Source: Prevotella sp.
Lineage (GTDB): Bacteria > Bacteroidota > Bacteroidia > Bacteroidales > Bacteroidaceae
Direction: 5' to 3'
Length of the DNA stretch: 64,000 nucleotides
Assembly: GCA_017623655.1 (NCBI GenBank)
Contig: JAGAON010000001.1
Location: forward strand, 44,233-108,232
Part shown: positions 1 to 8,117 of the stretch, piece by piece
Numbering within the stretch: the stretch's first letter is position 1
How the letters are laid out: the number at the start of each line of letters is the position of its first letter
Notes under the pieces: generated by a model
Seen by the model: the letters and a program-made list of their open reading frames with translations, nothing else
Databases searched by the model: none
Told to the model about the DNA's origin: nothing
Program-made: the position numbers and the translations under genes

Positions 1-2745
1 TGCGCCCCATCCGCAGTCGGCCACGAGGGGTACGGCGAGGTTTGCCGCGCCCTGCATCTCCTCTATCACTATGCGCTGCACCTGCTCTTTCTCCTCCACG
101 GGCACGGAGAAGTTCAGTTCGTCATGCACTTGCAGTATCATCTTGGCGTGCATCCCCTCCTGTTTCAGGCGGTTGTGGATGCGTATCATGGCCACCTTCA
201 TTATGTCCGCCGCCGTGCCCTGTATTGGTGCGTTGACGGCGTTGCGCTCCGCGAAGGAGCGGACGGTGGAGTTGCGCGACGTGATGTCGGGCAGATAGCG
301 GCGGCGTCCCATCAGCGTCTCGGCGTAACCGCGTTCCGCCGCCGTGCGCTTGGCGTTGTCAATGAAGTCCATCACCTTGGGGAAGGTGCGGAAATATCCG
401 TCTATCAGCTCCTTGGCCTCACGCCGGTCGATGTCCAGCCCCTGCGACAGTCCGAAGACGGAGATGCCGTATATGATGCCGAAGTTGGCGCTTTTGGCCT
501 TGCGCCGCTCGTCTTTCGTCACCTCGTCTATGGGCTTGTGGTATATCCTTGCCGACGTTGCGGCGTGTATGTCCTGCCCGCTGACGAAGGCCTCTATCAT
601 GTTCTCGTCGCCGGAGAGGCTCGCCATGATGCGCAGCTCCACCTGGCTGTAGTCGGCGGAGAAGAATAGCTCGCCGGGTTCGGGTATGAAGCAGCGGCGT
701 ATCTCCTTGCCGTCCTCGGTGCGTATGGGTATGTTCTGGAGGTTGGGGTCTGAGGATGACAGCCGTCCCGTGGCCGTGACGCACTGGTTGAAGGACGTGT
801 GTATGTGTCCGGTGCGCGGGTTTATCAGCTTCGGCAGTGCCTCTACGTATGTGCCGAGCAGCTTTTTCAGGCCGCGGTGGTCCAGTATCTTGCCCACTAT
901 CGGGTTGTGGCCGCGCAACTGTTGCAGCACCTCCTCGCTGGTTACGTACTGCCCCGTCTTGGTCTTCTTAGGCTTCTCCACTATCTGCATCTTGCCGAAG
1001 AGTATGTCGCCCACCTGTCTCGGCGAGGCGATGTTGAACTCTTCACCAGCCAGTTCGTATATCTCCCGCTCCGTCTTCCGCGCCCTTTCCGTCAGCAGGC
1101 GGCTCACCTCGGCCAGCGCACGGGTGTCGAGCGTCATGCCGCTCATCTCCATCTCGGCCAGTACGGGCACGAGCGGCATCTCCACTTCCTTGAAGAGGCG
1201 CGTCGCCCCCTTCTCTTCCAGCATGGGTTCCAGCGCGTGTTTCAGCCGCAGCGTTATGTCGGCGTCCTCGGCGGCGTAGTCTTTCACGAGGTGAACCGCC
1301 ACTTCCCGCATCGACTTCTGCCCCCGTCCCCTCGGGCCTATCAGTTCCTCGATGTGGATGGTGCGGTAGTTGAGCAGCGTCTCGGCCATGTAGTCCATGT
1401 TGTGCCGCAGCTCGGGGTTGATGAGGTAGTGCGCCACCATGGTGTCCCACAGCTCGCCTTTCACCTCGATGCCGTAGCGCCGGAGCACCGTTATGTCGTA
1501 CTTCGCGTTTTGCGCAACCTTCACCGGGTGTGCACTTTCATACGCCTCGCGGAACAGCTCCACCACCTTCTCCGCCTCAGGTCGGGTGGGGGGCACGGGA
1601 ACGTAGTACGCTTCCTTTTCCGTTATGGCGAAGCTCAGGCCGACGAGTTCGGCGTCTATCGCGGCGGTTGAAGTGGTCTCGGTGTCAAAAGCGAACTCTT
1701 CCGCATTGGCCAATCGACCGCAAAGATTGCGCATATCTTCCTCATTGTCAACCAAAACATAGTTCACTTTATCGGAATTAAAGCTTGATTTATCCTCGTT
1801 TTTCACGCTTTCTTCCCCTCCGGACGTAAATTCTGCAAACAAATCAAGTTCCTTGTTTGCTTTTTTTTGCACTTGTTTCGGTTTGTTCAGTATTCTGTCG
1901 GCGAAGGCCTTGAACTCCAGTTCCTCGAAGATTTCGGCGAGTTTGTCCTCGTCTGGCGCCTGCATGGCCATCTCGGCGATGGTGACGGTCATCGGCACGT
2001 CGGTGCGTATGGTTGCGAGGAAGCGTGACATCCTTATGTCGTCCGCCGCCTTCTCCACCTTCTCCCTGAGCTTGCCCCTCACTTCGGAGGTGTTGGCCAG
2101 CAGGGTGTCTATGTCCCCGAACTGGTTTATCAGCTTCGCCGCCGTCTTCTCTCCCACGCCGGGGCATCCGGGAAAGTTGTCGGACGCGTCGCCCATCAGT
2201 CCCAGAAGGTCTATGACCTGCGCCGTGTTTGCGATGCCGTACTTGGCGCACACCTCCGCGGGGCCCATCACTTCGTACCCTCCTCCGTGGCGGGGGCGGT
2301 ACATCCTGATGTGCTCCGTCACCAGTTGCGCATAGTCCTTGTCGGGTGTCAGCATATACACCTCCATGCCCTTGCGCTCTCCCTCGCCGGCCACGGTGCC
2401 TATTATGTCGTCTGCCTCGAAGCCATCCACTTGCAGTATGGGTATGCGGTACGCCTCGAGTATCCTCTTTATGTACGGTATGGCGATGCGTATGTCCTCG
2501 GGCGTCTCCTCACGTTGCGCCTTGTATGGCGGGAAAGCCTCGTGGCGGAACGTGCGGCCGTGGTCGAAAGCCACCGCCATGTGCGTCGGTTTCTCCTTCT
2601 GCAAGACCTCGTTGAGTGTGTTGCAGAAGCCCATGACGGCGCTGGTGTTGAGGCCTTTCGAGTTGATACGGGGCGCACGTATGAGCGCATAGTAGCTGCG
2701 GTAGATCAGTGCGTAGGCGTCTATGAGGAAAAGTTTGTCTGTCAT
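1..2745 (-). CDS. polA: DNA polymerase I (last few codons run off the window edge)
   Basis: Manual translation from the ATG at 2745 gives MTDKLFLIDAYALIYRSYYA (5'-3' exonuclease start), TGRLSSSDPNLQNIP, FFSADYSQVELR (motif A) and MILQVHDELNF (motif C), ending ...VPLVADCGWGA at base 1. It is absent from the ORF track because the stop codon lies outside the window. Confidence 0.97.
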   Translation of the reverse strand, partial: MTDKLFLIDAYALIYRSYYALIRAPRINSKGLNTSAVMGFCNTLNEVLQKEKPTHMAVAFDHGRTFRHEAFPPYKAQREETPEDIRIAIPYIKRILEAYRIPILQVDGFEADDIIGTVAGEGERKGMEVYMLTPDKDYAQLVTEHIRMYRPRHGGGYEVMGPAEVCAKYGIANTAQVIDLLGLMGDASDNFPGCPGVGEKTAAKLINQFGDIDTLLANTSEVRGKLREKVEKAADDIRMSRFLATIRTDVPMTVTIAEMAMQAPDEDKLAEIFEELEFKAFADRILNKPKQVQKKANKELDLFAEFTSGGEESVKNEDKSSFNSDKVNYVLVDNEEDMRNLCGRLANAEEFAFDTETTSTAAIDAELVGLSFAITEKEAYYVPVPPTRPEAEKVVELFREAYESAHPVKVAQNAKYDITVLRRYGIEVKGELWDTMVAHYLINPELRHNMDYMAETLLNYRTIHIEELIGPRGRGQKSMREVAVHLVKDYAAEDADITLRLKHALEPMLEEKGATRLFKEVEMPLVPVLAEMEMSGMTLDTRALAEVSRLLTERARKTEREIYELAGEEFNIASPRQVGDILFGKMQIVEKPKKTKTGQYVTSEEVLQQLRGHNPIVGKILDHRGLKKLLGTYVEALPKLINPRTGHIHTSFNQCVTATGRLSSSDPNLQNIPIRTEDGKEIRRCFIPEPGELFFSADYSQVELRIMASLSGDENMIEAFVSGQDIHAATSARIYHKPIDEVTKDERRKAKSANFGIIYGISVFGLSQGLDIDRREAKELIDGYFRTFPKVMDFIDNAKRTAAERGYAETLMGRRRYLPDITSRNSTVRSFAERNAVNAPIQGTAADIMKVAMIRIHNRLKQEGMHAKMILQVHDELNFSVPVEEKEQVQRIVIEEMQGAANLAVPLVADCGWGA

Positions 2746-2844
2746 AGTGCGGTAGGTTGCGGTGATATATATGTGCTGTCTGTTTGTTACAAAAAGTCTA
2801 TTTGGTTGTAAAATTACTAATATTTTTTCAATTATGGCACCTTG

Positions 2845-2878
2845 TTTGATTAAAAACCAAAGATTTTTTGTAATTTTG
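2845..2878 (+). promoter_or_regulatory. Bacteroidetes sigma-A promoter for the polyprenyl synthase gene
   Basis: TTTG at 2845-2848 and TAATTTTG at 2871-2878, just upstream of the ATG at 2895. Confidence 0.6.
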
Positions 2879-2894
2879 CAGATTATTAGAAGCG

Positions 2895-3875
2895 ATGAAA
2901 GATTATCTGTCCATAATACGTCAGCCGATAGAGCGGCAGCTCGAAGTGTTCAACGGTATGTTCGCCGAGTCCCTCAGCCATGCCGACGGGCAGCTGTCGA
3001 TGGCGCTGGACTACATACGCCGGCGCAACGGCAAGCGTATGCGCCCCATGCTTATACTGCTGATGGCGCGTAACTTCGGGCAGGTCACGGAGACAACCTA
3101 CCGTGCCGCCTTGGGGCTGGAGCTGCTGCACACGGCGTCGCTGGTGCATGACGACATAGTGGACGAGGCGGAGAAACGCCGCGGACAGGCCAGCGTAAAC
3201 GCCGTTTATGACAACAAGGTGGCCGTCTTGGTGGGCGACTATATCCTCTCCACGGCCCTGCTCAACGTGTCGATGACGGGTAACACGGCCATCGTTGACT
3301 ACCTCGCGCGGTTGGGGCAGGTGCTGTCCAACGGCGAGATATTGCAGCTTACCAGCAACGGCTCGGCGGAGATAAGCGAGGAAGCGTATTATGACGTGAT
3401 AAAGATGAAGACCGCCGCCCTGTTTGAGGCGTGCTGCGCCATGGGCGCGATGTCTGCGGAAGCGTCGGAAAACGACATAGAGGAGGCGCGTATGTTCGGC
3501 CAGAGGCTGGGCATCATCTTCCAGATACGCGACGACATTTTCGACTATTACGACAGTGCGGAGATAGGCAAGCCGACCGGTAACGACATGATGGAAGGCA
3601 AGCTGACGCTGCCGGTCATGCACGTCCTGATGAAGACGCGTGACGAGGCGATGCTCGCCATAGCGCAGAGGGTGAAGAGCCGCTCCGCGACACAGGAGGA
3701 GATTGCCCGTCTGGTGGCGTTCACAAAGGACAACGGAGGCATAGAATATGCTGGGAAAGTGATGGAAGACCTGCACCGTCAGGCTCTCGGTTTCATCGGG
3801 AGCAGGGTGGGGGACAGAGAGATAAGGGATGCCTTGGCGGCATATCTGGACTTCGTGATAGAGAGGGAGAAGTAA
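2895..3875 (+). CDS. ispB: Polyprenyl (octaprenyl-like) diphosphate synthase
   Basis: GKRMRP, ELLHTASLVHDDIVD (FARM), KTAALF and FQIRDDIFD (SARM) motifs. Confidence 0.9.
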   Translation: MKDYLSIIRQPIERQLEVFNGMFAESLSHADGQLSMALDYIRRRNGKRMRPMLILLMARNFGQVTETTYRAALGLELLHTASLVHDDIVDEAEKRRGQASVNAVYDNKVAVLVGDYILSTALLNVSMTGNTAIVDYLARLGQVLSNGEILQLTSNGSAEISEEAYYDVIKMKTAALFEACCAMGAMSAEASENDIEEARMFGQRLGIIFQIRDDIFDYYDSAEIGKPTGNDMMEGKLTLPVMHVLMKTRDEAMLAIAQRVKSRSATQEEIARLVAFTKDNGGIEYAGKVMEDLHRQALGFIGSRVGDREIRDALAAYLDFVIEREK

Positions 3876-3917
3876 TGCCCCCTTCATAATCCGTAACGCT
3901 CCCTCAACGTTCCCCAA

Positions 3918-4371
3918 AGAGCCCCCTCCCCGTCCCTCCCCGAGGGGAGGGCGAAAGTTACGTTTTTCGGTGATGTAAGACGGCCAGCAAGGCCAGCAAG
4001 CGTATAGTATAGGGCACCCAAAGGCGGCCTGAAAGGCCAATAAGCGTATAGCCCAGGGCAAGCGAAGCGGCACCCTGGGTTTCATGTATCGGCATTCGTT
4101 AACGCCCTGAAAGGGCAAAAGCGTGTGATTACAACTAACAAGATGTTTGATGTTCAACGCTTTTGCCCTTTCAGGGCGCAATGTATTTATGCTGTTTGTT
4201 TTCCCAGGGGTCGCTTCGCTTGCCCTGGGCTATACGCTTATTGGCCTTTCAGGCCGCCTTTGGATGCTATGAAAACCATAAAAAATAGTAGGTATTGGCC
4301 TGTCCCATCCTTTATAAACGGGAAACACTAACCTACGCCCTCCCCTCGGGGAGGGACGGGGAGGGGGCTCT
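3918..4371. repeat. Triple-nested inverted repeat (composite REP-like element)
   Basis: Perfect 36-bp IR at 3918-3953/4336-4371, near-perfect ~61-bp IR at 4018-4079/4203-4263, and perfect 22-bp IR at 4103-4124/4157-4178. Confidence 0.9.
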
Positions 4372-4403
4372 CGGGGGCATAGGGAGGGGGCTCTCGGGGA
4401 CTG

Positions 4404-5207
4404 TTATAGGACCTCACTTATCAGCACATCCGCCAGCCGTGACGTGCCGAGGCGGAACAATTTGTTGTTGAGCCATTCCTCGCCAAGCACCTCTTTCACG
4501 ATGCTGTAATATATCACCGCGTCCATACTCGTGTTGATGCCTCCGGCAGGCTTGAACCCTACCTTACGCCCCGTCTGCCGGTAATATTCCTTTATGCACT
4601 GGCACATCACGTAGGCGGCTTCGGGAGTGGCCGAAATGGCCTCCTTGCCGGTGCTCGTCTTGATATAGTCGGCACCCGCATTCATGGCGAGAAACGCCGC
4701 CTCGCGGATGTTCTCGGGCGTTTTCAGACACCCGGTCTCGAGGATAACTTTCAGTGATACGCCGTCTCCGCAGACCGCTTTCATCTCGCGTATCTCGTCC
4801 GTCACGCCGTCCCTGTCACCGGCAAGGAATTTGCCCACGGGCATCACCATGTCTATCTCCGTCGCGCCATCCTTTATGGCGAGCGCCGTCTCGGCTATCT
4901 TCACCTCAAGGAACGTCTGCGAGGAGGGGAAAGAGCCGCTGACGCACGCTATCTCCACACCATCTACGGCAAGGCATTCGTTGACGATGGAGGCGAAACA
5001 GGGATAGACGCAGATGGTGGCGGGGTGGGGAAGGTCGGGGCGTTCGTCGTCCCAACGGTTCACACGGTCCACGAAAGCCATCACGGACTGTTCGCTGTCG
5101 GTGCATTTCAGGGTTGTGAACTCGATGCAGCTGAAAATAAATCTCTTAACTTCCGGTGTGTCATTTTCCGCCGCTTTCTCGGCGATGATTCTTCTTACTT
5201 CTTCCAT
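4404..5207 (-). CDS. deoC: Deoxyribose-phosphate aldolase
   Basis: ICVYP, GATEIDMV, LKVILETG, ADYIKTSTGK, GFKPAGGI and RLGTS motifs. Start moved to MEEVRR at 5207 because the ORF-track extension runs through repeats. Confidence 0.93.
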   Translation of the reverse strand: MEEVRRIIAEKAAENDTPEVKRFIFSCIEFTTLKCTDSEQSVMAFVDRVNRWDDERPDLPHPATICVYPCFASIVNECLAVDGVEIACVSGSFPSSQTFLEVKIAETALAIKDGATEIDMVMPVGKFLAGDRDGVTDEIREMKAVCGDGVSLKVILETGCLKTPENIREAAFLAMNAGADYIKTSTGKEAISATPEAAYVMCQCIKEYYRQTGRKVGFKPAGGINTSMDAVIYYSIVKEVLGEEWLNNKLFRLGTSRLADVLISEVL

Positions 5208-5286
5208 TTTTCGCTTTTTTATATTGTGATTCGTATCGTTTTCTTCCGTAATCAGCTTCGTTTTACTTTGTTTTTGCGCCGCTTTT

Positions 5287-5377
5287 GTAGGGACGCACCT
5301 TCTTGCCTGTGGCAAGCGGCAAAGCCGAGCGGGTGCGTCCGCTGCTGCGTTCCCTTGCCCTGTTGCGCCGTCCCTAC
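5287..5377. repeat. GTAG-type REP doublet (GTAGGGACGCACC family), degenerate with an expanded loop
   Basis: GTAGGGACGCACC...GGTGCGTCC, plus inverted GCGCCGTCCCTAC. Confidence 0.7.
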
Positions 5378-5401
5378 ATACGCGTGTATCTTTTATCCTT
5401 T

Positions 5402-5489
5402 GTAAACGGCACCGTTTCATGCTGTGAACAGCACCATATTACGTGATGATTTGCACCTTTTTATGTCCCAATCAGTACCTTTTTGCGGC
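5402..5489. repeat. Degenerate 22-bp tandem array
   Basis: Four units in 22-nt register related to GYAATCAGCACCTGATT. Confidence 0.6.
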
Positions 5490-5499
5490 TGCGTGGAAA

Positions 5500-5797
5500 A
5501 GCTCTGAAAGAGCGACATATCATAGCGCAGGGTGTAAGCCCTGCGTTTGATTTGCCTGTGGGAAAACCTGTATTGGAACCCCGAAGCCGGAAGGCGAGGA
5601 ACACGTAGTGTGACGAGGGGTTGATATAGTCCGCAGAAGCCCCGTAATCCTCCGCAAGATGCGATATTTTCCTGTTACCCCTCGTCGGCCGAATGGCCTC
5701 CTCGCCTTCCGGCTTCGGGGTTCCAATACTTTTTACGGTGCTCATCGTTACACAGGGCTTACACCCTGTGCTGTAATATATCACCCCTACGGGGTTC
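5500..5797. repeat. Palindromic REP-like element (CCTGAAAGG / GGGTGTAAGCCC family)
   Basis: CAGGGTGTAAGCCCTG pairs with CAGGGCTTACACCCTG. TATTGGAACCCCGAAGCCGGAAGGCGAGG pairs with CCTCGCCTTCCGGCTTCGGGGTTCCAATA. Similar to 43748-43980. Confidence 0.8.
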
Positions 5798-5825
5798 GCG
5801 GGCAATCAACAACCGCCAGCCAATA

Positions 5826-5992
5826 TTCTACAACCCACAACCATTGACCGTCAACCGTGCCTATCTATCGCCCCTCAAACCTCTAACCCTCAACCTCCAA
5901 CCCACAACCTAAAACCATCAACCGTGCCTGTCTATCGCCCCTCAAACCTCCAACCAACAACCTCCAACCTAAAACCATTGACCATCAACCGT
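5826..5992. repeat. Heptamer (NNAACCY) array containing a 67-bp tandem duplication, anchored on the uvrC stop codon
   Basis: TCAACCGT at 5851, 5918 and 5985. TCAACCGTGCCTRTCTATCGCCCCTCAAACCTC occurs twice. Confidence 0.85.
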
Positions 5993-7874
5993 TCTCCTCC
6001 GTCCCTCCTTCGGTGAAATAATCGATGATTATCCGTCCCTTAGCATTGCCGAGAGCCTCCGTAATCTCATGCCGGCGGTCAGGCGACAGGGCTGCCTCCC
6101 TTATCCTTTTCACGCTCTTAAAGGCTTTCAGAAGGGTCTCCGCAGCCTTGGGGCCGATGCCTTTTATGTCGTTCAACTCGCTGTGCAGGGCGTGTTTTGA
6201 ACGCTTCTCACGGTGGAAGGTGATGGCGTAGCGGTGTACCTCGTCCTGCATCTGCGTCAGCAGGCGGAACAGTTCGCTTTCGGCTTTCAGCTGCACCGTC
6301 TGCGGAGGGAAGCCGAAGAGCAGTTCGTTGGTGCGGTGACGGTCATCTTTCGCCAGTCCGGCGATGGGGATTTGCAGCCCCAGCTCGTCTTCCACCACCT
6401 CGCGCACGATGTTCATCTGGCCTATGCCGCCGTCGGTTATGATGAGATCCGGCAAAGCCTGTTCGCCGTCCTTTCCATCGCCCTCATAGCCTGCCGCAAA
6501 GCGTCTGTAACGCCTTCCCACCACTTCCTTCATGCTGGCGTAGTCGTCGGGGCCGGTGACGGTCTTTATATTGTACCTGCGGTAGTCCTTTTTCGACGGT
6601 TTCATGCCTTTATAGACCACGCAGCCAGCCACGGCATCGGTGCCGGAGATGTTGGAGTTGTCAAACAGTTCTATCGTGTAGGGCAGTTTGTTGAGTTTCA
6701 GCTTCTCCTGCAACTCCTTCATCAGACGCGTGTGTTTCTGCTCAGGATTGAGCTTGTCGGCCTGTTTCAGACGGTCAAAGCGGTACTGCCGGCAGTTCAT
6801 CTGCGATAGCTCCAGCAGGTGGTATTTGTCGCCGCGCTGCGGCACGAAGAACGTTGTGTCGGCCATCTCCCAGTCTATCTCGAAGGGTACGATGGTCTCC
6901 TTGGCCTTGCTCTTGAACCTGCCGCGTATCTCTATGATGGCGGAGAGGAGCAGTTCGGCGTCCGTCTCGTCCAGTTTCCGCTTGTATTCGTAGGTGAACG
7001 ACTGGTTTATCGTGCCGTTCGTGACGTGCATATAGTTAATGAAAGCGTTGCTCTTGGCGTCGTCATCGTCTATGCAGAACACGTCAACATCGTTTATCGT
7101 GTGGCTCACCACCTCGCTCTTGGCGCAGAATTGCTCTATCAGCAGATATTGCCTTTTCAGTTTTTCCGCCTCTTCGAAGCGCAGGTTATCGGCCGCTTCC
7201 ATCATTTTGTCATACACCGTGCGGCTCAGAAGACGCGTGTTTCCCTTGAGAATCTCCCTCGCCATGGCGATGTTCTGCTGGTAATCCTCCCACGACTGAC
7301 ATCCTGTGCAGGGGGCATCGCAGTTCTTTATGTGGTATTCCAAACAGGGTTTGTACCGTCCCTCCCTGATGTTTTCGGCAGTCAGCGGCAGCCGGCAGGT
7401 GCGGGGCTTGTATAGCTTCCTTATGAGGTCGAGCACGGCGTACATCGCCCCGAGATTGGAGTAGGGACCATAGTACTGCCCGTACTTCTTGTTTATGTTC
7501 CTTGTCTTGAATATACGGGGGAAATATTCCCCGGTAATACATATCGAAGGATAGGTCTTTCCGTCTTTGAGCAGCACGTTATATCGCGGATTATATTTCT
7601 TTATCAGCGCATTTTCAAGCAGCAGGGCATCCTCCTCCGTGTTGACAACTGTGTATGTTATGTCGCAGATTTTGGACACTAACACCTTCGTCTTGAACCT
7701 ATCGACCTCCCGATGGAAATAAGACGATACACGCCTTTTCAGGTTCTTCGCCTTGCCTACGTATATAATTGTACCGTCGGCATCATAGTATTGGTAAGAA
7801 CCCGGCTTTTCCGGCATACTGAGCACTATGCTTTTGAGTCTCTCCAAGCGTTGTTCGTTGTCTTGTTTTGTCAT
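5985..7874 (-). CDS. uvrC: Excinuclease ABC subunit C
   Basis: GIY-YIG domain (IIYVGKAKNLKRRVSSYF), ELFDNSN, DDYASM, PDLIITDGG, QMQDEVHRYAI and HhH motif IKGIGPK. Confidence 0.97.
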   Translation of the reverse strand: MTKQDNEQRLERLKSIVLSMPEKPGSYQYYDADGTIIYVGKAKNLKRRVSSYFHREVDRFKTKVLVSKICDITYTVVNTEEDALLLENALIKKYNPRYNVLLKDGKTYPSICITGEYFPRIFKTRNINKKYGQYYGPYSNLGAMYAVLDLIRKLYKPRTCRLPLTAENIREGRYKPCLEYHIKNCDAPCTGCQSWEDYQQNIAMAREILKGNTRLLSRTVYDKMMEAADNLRFEEAEKLKRQYLLIEQFCAKSEVVSHTINDVDVFCIDDDDAKSNAFINYMHVTNGTINQSFTYEYKRKLDETDAELLLSAIIEIRGRFKSKAKETIVPFEIDWEMADTTFFVPQRGDKYHLLELSQMNCRQYRFDRLKQADKLNPEQKHTRLMKELQEKLKLNKLPYTIELFDNSNISGTDAVAGCVVYKGMKPSKKDYRRYNIKTVTGPDDYASMKEVVGRRYRRFAAGYEGDGKDGEQALPDLIITDGGIGQMNIVREVVEDELGLQIPIAGLAKDDRHRTNELLFGFPPQTVQLKAESELFRLLTQMQDEVHRYAITFHREKRSKHALHSELNDIKGIGPKAAETLLKAFKSVKRIREAALSPDRRHEITEALGNAKGRIIIDYFTEGGTEENG

Positions 7875-7896
7875 ATATCCTTTTGTGAAACGTTAA

Positions 7897-7912
7897 TGTT
7901 CCACGTGAAACT
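7897..7912. promoter_or_regulatory. parS centromere-like site
   Basis: TGTTCCACGTGAAACT versus consensus TGTTTCACGTGAAACA. Confidence 0.85.
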
Positions 7913-7978
7913 TTTATCCCCTAAATCATCAAATAACAGCGAATTATACGATGCTCTCAAGTTTTACTTTAACCGATT

Positions 7979-7994
7979 TGTTTCACGTGGAACT
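7979..7994. promoter_or_regulatory. parS centromere-like site
   Basis: TGTTTCACGTGGAACT. Confidence 0.85.
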
Positions 7995-8084
7995 CTGTGC
8001 GGCGGCACGCTGTGTAGGGAGGTTTAGGGTCTCGTGTTGTTGGCTGTATGGTGAGGAAATGTAATACCCGCCATTACTATTGCA

Positions 8085-8116
8085 TCCCTCCCCTCGGGGA
8101 GGGTCGGGGAGGGGCG
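8085..8116. repeat. CCCTCCCC..GGGGAGGG REP-like hairpin just downstream of mnmG
   Basis: CCCTCCCCTCGGGGAGGGTCGGGGAGGGG, the same family as 4338-4371. Confidence 0.75.
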
Positions 8117-8117
8117 T

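Noticed and set aside
42-2811. Many ORFs overlapping polA in other frames or on the opposite strand
   Set aside because: These are shadow ORFs typical of GC-rich coding DNA. The same applies to long antisense ORFs over ispB, feoB, the kinases and the sus genes.
5208-5420. 71-aa N-terminal extension of DeoC in the ORF track
   Set aside because: It is translated from a REP doublet and intergenic sequence, and the downstream ATG has a better A-rich context.
5851-5992. 33-bp repeat plus 34-bp spacer pattern resembling a mini-CRISPR
   Set aside because: There are only two full repeats, the spacers are similar heptamer arrays rather than unique sequences, and no cas genes are present.
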